Below are positions 8,971 through 14,857 of a stretch of 46,523 bases of DNA, one piece after another; position 1 is the stretch's first letter, and each line of letters starts with the position of its first letter. This stretch comes from a virus. Lineage: Duplodnaviria; Caudoviricetes. The stretch is taken from IMG/VR virus record IMGVR_UViG_3300037790_000021, positions 1 to 46,523 of that record, one strand, 5' to 3'. The notes beneath the pieces are model-generated. The model was not told the origin of the DNA and searched no databases. It saw nothing but the letters and a program-made list of their open reading frames with translations. Made by a program: the position numbers and the translations under genes.

Positions 8971-9409
8971 GGCCTTTCATCCCATCTATGAACTTCTGGT
9001 CAGGGTGGCGATAATTAGTGACCCATTTAGGCGTAGGTACTAGCTTGTTTCGAAGGTCAGTCACGCGTACCTGTGTACCCATAGGTGGACGTTCAGGAAA
9101 TGTATTTTCATACTGTTCAAGTAGGTGCGTAAACTGTAGCTGCCAGTCTGTAGGCATTTGTTCAAGTAGCACGCGTGGGATGGTCAACCAAGTGGCGTAA
9201 CTCAGGCCGAACCAACTGTGCACGTCTGTTACAGAAAAGTCTAGCTGCGATATAAAGTGCACGCCATGTGCCCACTTACCAAGTGCCCGGTTGTCGAACT
9301 GTACCCCGAACGTACCCTTATCGTTGTCGATGGTTTGGATTAGGCACGTCTGACCTTTCAGCAGTTCGTGCGTATCACCAGTGTAGATAGCTTTCATACT
9401 CGTTCCCAT
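8963..9409 (-). CDS. hypothetical protein
   Basis: VHSWFGLSYATWLTIPRVLLEQMPTDWQ...NYRHPD, a phage-type motif. Confidence 0.7.
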   Translation of the reverse strand: MGTSMKAIYTGDTHELLKGQTCLIQTIDNDKGTFGVQFDNRALGKWAHGVHFISQLDFSVTDVHSWFGLSYATWLTIPRVLLEQMPTDWQLQFTHLLEQYENTFPERPPMGTQVRVTDLRNKLVPTPKWVTNYRHPDQKFIDGMKGHE

Positions 9410-9576
9410 ATTGCTGTGAATTCGTTAATGGAAATGTATTGGCGTGTGCCGTTACGAATGAAGAATAAAACGTCTTCACCTTTCTTCTGTGTTTGCCCGG
9501 TCTTGACCTGATATTGGTCACCTGTGTTCGTGTTCCTGAACGTGCCTACAACTTGAATGTGGGTTAGTCGTTTCAT
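9394..9576 (-). CDS. hypothetical protein
   Basis: 60-aa ORF with AGGTGA RBS. Confidence 0.6.
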   Translation of the reverse strand: MKRLTHIQVVGTFRNTNTGDQYQVKTGQTQKKGEDVLFFIRNGTRQYISINEFTAIWERV

Positions 9577-9590
9577 CCTGTCACCTATGA

Positions 9591-9724
9591 TAAAAAAGGT
9601 GCTGACTGGCTGGTTAATTCTGGCCTAGTTAAGTGTTCAGCATATCTACCCGTTTCACAACGATACTGAATCATGCTTTCAGCGCTAATCATTAGCTTTA
9701 AATAAAACCTTTTTGCCAACACCT
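9591..9724 (-). ncRNA. candidate structured RNA (multi-stem, ends in a U-tract)
   Basis: Minus strand AGGUGUUGGC/GUCAGCACCU closing stem with 2 G-U pairs; internal stems GCUAA/UUAGC, UUCAGUAU/AUGCUGAA and CGUU/AACG; no ORF in the gap. Confidence 0.5.
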
Positions 9725-9730
9725 GTAAAC

Positions 9731-9844
9731 TTACTTAGATAGAGCGTCGATAATCATTACTACCATGATTGCAGCTATGAACATTGCTACAACACCCCAC
9801 CTTTCTTCGCGCTTATCATCTTGCCTACGATTGTGCCTTGCCAT
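9731..9844 (-). CDS. small membrane protein (37 aa, not in ORF track)
   Basis: MARHNRRQDDKREERWGVVAMFIAAIMVVMIIDALSK. Confidence 0.5.
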   Translation of the reverse strand: MARHNRRQDDKREERWGVVAMFIAAIMVVMIIDALSK

Positions 9845-10349
9845 GTTCCCATTCCTCTAACATTGCGTGCCACTGATCGTCAGGGCATCCGTCTTCTTCC
9901 TCACCATCATGGAACGCTTCAATAGAATCATTGTATGCGTCACGCAACCGCTTGTTAAGCTTACGGGGCACAATAGCAACGTTATCACGGTGGTCTGTCA
10001 GCCATTGTAACGCTTCCTCTGCGCTAATTTCCAACAGTTCGTCTAACGTTTTGAGGTTATCTATCGCATCGTTATCAGCGTCAAGCTGTGCAATAAAGGC
10101 AAGCGGTTCTAATTCGCGCTCTACACGAATGTTCTTGCGCCACCAGTTTAGTGAGCCTTTCGAATCGACTGTAACTATGACAGGTGGGTAATGGCTCTTG
10201 GTTATGTCGTCAGAGCGTTGCAGTTTTATTTCTACCCCCGTATCTACGTACCAGTAGTTCTTACGTGTAGCACGGTCAGGATGGTTAGACGTTGGGGTCA
10301 TTGCAGATACAATGTGTGTTGCCCAACTAGGACGTTTAATTTTTGGCAT
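9825..10349 (-). CDS. hypothetical protein, first gene of the leftward unit
   Basis: 174-aa ORF with GGTGA RBS, downstream of the promoter at 10382-10409. Confidence 0.7.
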   Translation of the reverse strand: MPKIKRPSWATHIVSAMTPTSNHPDRATRKNYWYVDTGVEIKLQRSDDITKSHYPPVIVTVDSKGSLNWWRKNIRVERELEPLAFIAQLDADNDAIDNLKTLDELLEISAEEALQWLTDHRDNVAIVPRKLNKRLRDAYNDSIEAFHDGEEEDGCPDDQWHAMLEEWEHGKAQS

Positions 10350-10373
10350 GATATTTCACCAGTTGCTGTTGAG

Positions 10374-10525
10374 ATACCCCTATAATAGTCATACTACTGC
10401 AATAGTCAATACCCCCACCTAAAATAAATACCCCCCACCAGCATTGAAATTCATACCCCCGGTGTGATTCATACCCCCACCTATATGAAAAATTGTGTAC
10501 ATGATGAAAATTGTATACCCCCGGC
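10374..10525. repeat. six ATACCCC(C) direct repeats
   Basis: Copies at 10374, 10409, 10428, 10453, 10471 and 10515. Confidence 0.85.
10376..10409 (-). promoter_or_regulatory. sigma70 promoter with operator copies
   Basis: TTGACT-16-TATTAT; ACTATTGCAGTAGT overlaps the -35 element. Confidence 0.65.
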
Positions 10526-10695
10526 ATTACTCAAATATCTGCTACAGGTAAATAATCGTGTGTAACGTTAGGCTGGTGGATTATAGGCTTTATGTACTTT
10601 ATAGGCATTAATTGGGGGTCGTGGGGTGTCGTGGGTGTTGCGACCCGGCCTTAGTAATCCGCACTTGGTTGGGCATCTGTAACATTCATTTGCAT

Positions 10696-10783
10696 ACTGT
10701 TGTAACAGTGTAGAGTATTGTAATAGTATCAGAGTGTTGTAACGGTATCAGAGTGTTGTAACGGTATACACTGTTGTAGGGGT
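10696..10783. repeat. tandem array of five operator-like palindromes with 18-19 bp period
   Basis: ACTGTTGTAACAGT, AGTATTGTAATAGT, AGTGTTGTAACGGT (twice) and ACTGTTGTAGGGGT. Confidence 0.85.
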
Positions 10784-11264
10784 GTCCTGTAATTTCCTAT
10801 TTTGTCCTGTTTTTGAGATTCAATTTTAGGCCAGCTACAGCCCACGCCAGTACTGGTGTTTGTCACAATTATGACTCATAAGTGTCCTACTTTTAAAATC
10901 AATAATGGGACAGTGTTGTAACAGTAACGAAGTCAATAACCACGCGGCCTGTGGCCAAACCAACTGTTTAGCTGTCCTATTATTTTATACTTTTTTAAAT
11001 AGGTAGAGAAAAAAGAAGTAAATATACGAAGCTTTAAAAAATTTCCGCAGCACCTGTTGGGGTATATGGCAAAATTATAGGACAGCAAAGTTGGTTGATA
11101 TGCTGAAAGCCGCGTGGTTACTGGTCTGGTTACTGTTGCAGGGGTGGCCTAAAATGCGTTTTAAAACATAGGACAGCAAAGTTGGCGCATCGTCTGTAGA
11201 CCACGTGTGGCAAGGGCTGTAGCTGGCCTAAAATAAATAGGACAAAAGCTTCAATTTTAGGACA
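10783..11264. other. putative replication origin: nested inverted repeats around an AT-rich core
   Basis: 21-bp perfect inverted repeat 10823-10843/11214-11234; 12-bp inverted repeat 10937-10948/11109-11120; TGTCCT four times on the left arm and AGGACA four times on the right arm. Confidence 0.55.
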
Positions 11265-11389
11265 GTATTGTAATAGTCTGCAAAATTCTAGGGGTTTTCA
11301 GACCTTCCTATTAAAGTGAGCATGTACAAAAAACTGGTGCTGGTCAGTTATATATCACAACATGACTTCAAAAAGTAAAAATCTAATAA

Positions 11390-11482
11390 AATCAATAACT
11401 TAGCATTTTAGGTTATGCGTAACCCCGTACAGGCCGCGTGTGGTAAGGCTTCCAGGTTATTTCGTTATGAATCAATGACTTA
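11390..11482 (+). promoter_or_regulatory. two IHF consensus sites (WATCAANNNNTTR)
   Basis: AATCAATAACTTA at 11390-11402 and AATCAATGACTTA at 11470-11482. Confidence 0.55.
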
Positions 11483-11554
11483 GAATAGGGCATGGCTACA
11501 GGCCACGTGTGGCAAGGGTTGCGCAATTATTTTCAACTTTTTTTAGATTTAGTG

Positions 11555-11585
11555 TTGACTATTGCAACAGTACTATTATAATGGT
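11555..11585 (+). promoter_or_regulatory. sigma70 promoter overlapped by two tandem operators
   Basis: TTGACT-16-TATAAT; ACTATTGCAACAGT and ACTATTATAATGGT. Confidence 0.75.
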
Positions 11586-11591
11586 TACCAA

Positions 11592-11703
11592 GAGTTGAGC
11601 AGAACAAGTCACTTTTGATACCTTCAGACGCTATACGCTAGGGAGTTGGATTCTCGGAAGTGGGGAGTATACATAAGAACCTGCTAAGTTGTACGCTCAA
11701 CTC
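11592..11703 (+). ncRNA. candidate structured RNA or leader
   Basis: GAGUUGAGC/GCUCAACUC perfect 9-bp closing stem; CACUUUUGA/UCGGAAGUG inner stem with G-U pairs; begins right after the promoter. Confidence 0.5.
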
Positions 11704-11735
11704 ATACCGTTATAATACTGTACGAGGTTTAAATT

Positions 11736-11978
11736 ATGGCACAGTTTCAGAAGACTGTAGAAATTTGGGGTATTGAGGACAAATTGCGCAGCGGTGAAAT
11801 CGTTTTGCAGTGTGGGCAATGGGTGACGTGTGGTGGTGGTGTGAAGTCGCGCTACGTTGGCACTAATGGCTTGTCCTTGAACATTGCACACGGTGGTAAT
11901 AGTAAGGAAGTTACAGAACGTTTTAAGGCTAGGATTGAAGCAAAACGTGCGTGCCTAAAAAGATTTGGCAATTTGTAA
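11736..11978 (+). CDS. hypothetical early protein
   Basis: GAGGT RBS; 80 aa. Confidence 0.7.
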   Translation: MAQFQKTVEIWGIEDKLRSGEIVLQCGQWVTCGGGVKSRYVGTNGLSLNIAHGGNSKEVTERFKARIEAKRACLKRFGNL

Positions 11979-11979
11979 A

Positions 11980-12053
11980 AAAAAAACCCTTGCAATAGTC
12001 TGTGTGGTAGACTATTATAACAGTGTACTTACTTAATGAGGTTTCAGAAATGA
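11980..12053 (+). promoter_or_regulatory. promoter-operator-RBS cassette, copy 1
   Basis: TTGCAA-17-TATTAT, ACTATTATAACAGT, GAGGT and ATG; nearly identical to 12417-12490. Confidence 0.75.
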
Positions 12054-12418
12054 ACAACGAAAAAATGCAAGCTTACATCCTTGAAGCAATCGACCCTACG
12101 CCATACGTAGGTGAACACACTATGTCAGACGTTGAAAAGCTGACGTTCTTGAAAGAAACGTACATGAATGAGTACGGCAAGTTTGCAGTTAAGCAACACA
12201 AGTTTAATCATCAGCTTTGCTTTGCTGAATGGGTTGCAGGGTTGCCAACTGTGTTCAATATCGACTTCCAAAACTTCGACATTTGGAACAAAGCTGTCGA
12301 ACTTGAAATGATTGCACCAGACCCAACCGACGAAGCAATAGACGCAGTTTTGGAAACTTGGTTCACCACCGTAACCGCGCAGACGTTCAAGCTTTTTAAA
12401 AAGCACAAAATAATTTAA
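12050..12418 (+). CDS. hypothetical early protein
   Basis: ATG at 12050 follows a GAGGT RBS; the track start at 12023 lies inside the promoter. Confidence 0.75.
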   Translation: MNNEKMQAYILEAIDPTPYVGEHTMSDVEKLTFLKETYMNEYGKFAVKQHKFNHQLCFAEWVAGLPTVFNIDFQNFDIWNKAVELEMIAPDPTDEAIDAVLETWFTTVTAQTFKLFKKHKII

Positions 12419-12490
12419 AAAAACCCTTGCAATAGTCTGACTGTTAGACTATTATAATAGTGTACTTACTTAACGAGGTTTCAAAAATGA
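12417..12490 (+). promoter_or_regulatory. promoter-operator-RBS cassette, copy 2
   Basis: TTGCAA-17-TATTAT, ACTATTATAATAGT, GAGGT and ATG. Confidence 0.75.
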
Positions 12491-12573
12491 TTTTATTTCA
12501 CGGTATGCGTTTTGAGTCGTTCGCACAGGTTCGCGAATATTTGGAAATTTTACAGCAAGTAGAAGGTGCTTAA
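12487..12573 (+). CDS. 28-aa peptide (not in ORF track)
   Basis: MILFHGMRFESFAQVREYLEILQQVEGA behind its own promoter and GAGGT RBS. Confidence 0.6.
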   Translation: MILFHGMRFESFAQVREYLEILQQVEGA

Positions 12574-12575
12574 TT

Positions 12576-12914
12576 ATGAACATTCGTCCTAAATTTTTTC
12601 GCAAGAACACCAGTGTTAAGTCTATCCTTATCGACTCACGCGAATGGTTCGATAAAGTGAACGGTAATAGCTATTGGTCAAGTGTGGTTATTGTGAACCG
12701 TGGCTGTAAAAACGAGGTGTATTTTTCTGTACCCCTGCAATACGGCTATGGTAACTACCATGAACAGCGTGTGTTCGAAATTCTCGAAGAACAGAATATT
12801 TGCGACAAGTATTTTGCGCGTGAAAACCGTAATCTTGTTAATTCTCACATTATAAGTGGCTTGAAGCGTGACGCAGTAGCGCACGGCAAAAGCTGTACTG
12901 TACAACTATCATAA
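12576..12914 (+). CDS. hypothetical early protein
   Basis: REWFDKVNGNSYWS...PLQYGYG motif. Confidence 0.7.
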   Translation: MNIRPKFFRKNTSVKSILIDSREWFDKVNGNSYWSSVVIVNRGCKNEVYFSVPLQYGYGNYHEQRVFEILEEQNICDKYFARENRNLVNSHIISGLKRDAVAHGKSCTVQLS

Positions 12915-12925
12915 GGGGCTGTGCT

Positions 12926-13198
12926 ATGTGGTATAACGAACTACAGGGTAAATGGTTGGGTGTGTCTGTCAGAAATGAACACGGCGAACACGTGTGCGAC
13001 GATACGCACGCAATAGAAGCCCCTCTTGACTGGCAAGTGTCAGGGCTTCAACAAACTGCAAGCGGTTACGGTGCAAAGATAACGACCTCTAAAAAGGTCT
13101 GGTTTAATGGTCGCTATTACAGACTGTATGAGACCTGTTACGGCAACGCTGCAAGTACTTGGTTCACGGCTAAAAATGTAAAGTATTGGGTGAACTAA
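12926..13198 (+). CDS. hypothetical early protein
   Basis: GLQQTASGYGAKITT...GRYYRLY...YGNAAS; AAGGGG RBS. Confidence 0.7.
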   Translation: MWYNELQGKWLGVSVRNEHGEHVCDDTHAIEAPLDWQVSGLQQTASGYGAKITTSKKVWFNGRYYRLYETCYGNAASTWFTAKNVKYWVN

Positions 13199-13356
13199 TG
13201 GGTGGTGAGATATTTATTATAGGCTGTGTGCTGTTTGTGGCTCACCCTGCGCTTGGTATCATCATTTTAGTTGTATATGCTGTTCTGGTATTCAGCAAGC
13301 GAGAAAAGCCCACACAGACGCGTTCAGCACGTTCTATATATGAAAGAATTAAGTAA
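13198..13356 (+). CDS. small membrane protein (52 aa, not in ORF track)
   Basis: MGGEIFIIGCVLFVAHPALGIIILVVYAVLVFSKREK...; TAATG coupling. Confidence 0.55.
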   Translation: MGGEIFIIGCVLFVAHPALGIIILVVYAVLVFSKREKPTQTRSARSIYERIK

Positions 13357-13370
13357 GTAAGTACATAAGC

Positions 13371-13406
13371 AAAAGGTCACTGTAACAGGTGGCCTTTTTT
13401 TTTTTT
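13371..13406 (+). terminator. intrinsic terminator
   Basis: AGGTCAC-tgtaacag-GTGGCCT followed by a long T-run. Confidence 0.85.
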
Positions 13407-13755
13407 GGCTGCGATTCCTCACCGGGTCGCGGCCTTTTTGCGTCTGGTGCACAGGGTCACGGTTGCCAGTGTGGAATATGGGCGAACGCTTACAGGGTGC
13501 GGTCTGTAGTGGGTCTGTGCTGGTGCTGGTGGCGTGCGTGCTGGTGCGTTCAGGTCGGTTCGTTCGGGTTGGTTGGTGTGGTGCGTTCGCAGTGGTTCGC
13601 GGTGCTGAATGTGCATGTGCTATTCTGCGCACTGTATGACGTTCTAAGCGTTCGAATAGTCTAGCAGTGTATTACTATTACAAGGGTGTAGAAGTCGTGC
13701 TGTGCGTGCGTGTGCTGTGCGGTGCGGCACGTTCGCAGGGGGTGTGCCCCTATGT

Positions 13756-13802
13756 AGGTTCTTCAAAATCACCTTTCAGCGTGGGGGGACGCGGAATCGC
13801 GG
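13756..13802 (+). other. putative lambda-like cos site (cosQ-like AGGTTCT; cosN-like GGGACGCGGAAT at 13786-13797)
   Basis: Aligns with lambda GGGTCCT-N23-GGGCGGCGACCT-CGCGG at the same spacing; about 150 bp upstream of the small terminase. Confidence 0.6.
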
Positions 13803-13944
13803 TGCGCACAGACTCAGAAAAATATTCTACTGTAGACCCTTGTAATGCTCTTGTCAATAATGTGACCGTTAGTATTGTCAGGGTCTGCTAGGTACGCTAT
13901 AGTACCCCCTATAACGTTAGTAATAGCTGGCAAAAAGGAATCCT

Positions 13945-14556
13945 ATGCCCCCTAAGATGCGGCCTGAAAAAAAACCAACTGCTGAACAATTAGCTGGTGG
14001 GCTACAGCGTGAAATTCAGAGTAAAACCAATCAGTTTGGTAAGAAGAAGGGTAAGCTAATCGGTGGTGCTGAACTGGCAGAACTGTTGGGTATTGAAACC
14101 GCAACGTTAGCAGCTTGGCGTGACGCTGGTTGTCCTTGCTTACCTGACCCACGTGGTAGGGGTAAATTCCTGTACGACTCAGGTACTGTTATGCGTTGGA
14201 AGTATCAACAGGATATGGAAGAAGTATCTGAGATATTTGAAGCAACGAAACCGCAGCTAGACGATGCGATAGAAGCACGTGAAGCTGACCGCAGGTTGAA
14301 AGTTGCTAAAGCGCTACGGGAAGAACTGCTACTTGCGAACGAACAGAAATTGCTTGCCAACATTGAAGACCTTATGGTCAATTTTGCCAGTGCAGCAGGT
14401 CATGTTCGCGCAACGTTAATGTCATGGAAATCTCGACTACCGGGATTGCTGGCACATAAAGACGACGATTACATTGCTAAGAAATTAGACGTTGAAATTG
14501 AAGACGTACTGAAATCGTTGGTTGAGTACCAGCACAAATATGAAGGTGATGAATAA
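13945..14556 (+). CDS. terminase small subunit (Nu1-like)
   Basis: AELAELLGIETATLAAWRDAGCP wHTH, YDSGTVMRW, coiled-coil C-terminus; gene position. Confidence 0.8.
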   Translation: MPPKMRPEKKPTAEQLAGGLQREIQSKTNQFGKKKGKLIGGAELAELLGIETATLAAWRDAGCPCLPDPRGRGKFLYDSGTVMRWKYQQDMEEVSEIFEATKPQLDDAIEAREADRRLKVAKALREELLLANEQKLLANIEDLMVNFASAAGHVRATLMSWKSRLPGLLAHKDDDYIAKKLDVEIEDVLKSLVEYQHKYEGDE

Positions 14557-14558
14557 CT

Positions 14559-14807
14559 ATGTCAGGGGGTGACCGTTTTCGTGGCAAGCTGTCACCGCAG
14601 CAGCTTGACATTGTGATCAGATTAATTGGCTTTCGCAGCAAGCGTGTGAAAAAGTACTTACCCATGTATTTTGTACAAGGAATTATTGTGGCTGATATTG
14701 CAGCGTACACAGGGTTTGACATTAGTAACATACACCGTGACGTGACCAAGGTGGCACGTGTACTGAACTTCGTTGAACTATACAACGATTATGAGCAGTT
14801 AAAATGA
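14559..14807 (+). CDS. PapB/FocB-like HTH protein between the terminase subunits
   Basis: IVIRLIGFRSKRVKKYLPMYFVQG..VADIAAYTGFDISNIHR. Confidence 0.55.
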   Translation: MSGGDRFRGKLSPQQLDIVIRLIGFRSKRVKKYLPMYFVQGIIVADIAAYTGFDISNIHRDVTKVARVLNFVELYNDYEQLK

Positions 14808-14857
14808 ACAACAGTTTAGTGATGTGAAAACTAACAACAGTAAAGTGAATTAATCAA

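Noticed and set aside
10336-10527. 63-aa ORF over the ATACCCCC repeats
   Set aside because: It overlaps the promoter and repeat cluster, with no RBS or protein-like features.
10696-10783. Mini CRISPR array
   Set aside because: Units are 14-bp palindromes separated by only 4-5 bp, with no spacer-length unique sequence; DUF2800 is a replication-module Cas4-like nuclease, not part of a cas operon.
9591-11703. tRNA or hammerhead ribozyme identity for the two structured elements
   Set aside because: No T-loop or CCA cloverleaf and no CUGANGA/GAAA core in the right arrangement could be seen.
13324-13891. ORFs 13324-13632, 13389-13664, 13419-13616 and 13667-13891
   Set aside because: They are open only because the tract is A-poor; they have no RBS, biased composition, and cross a terminator or the cos site.
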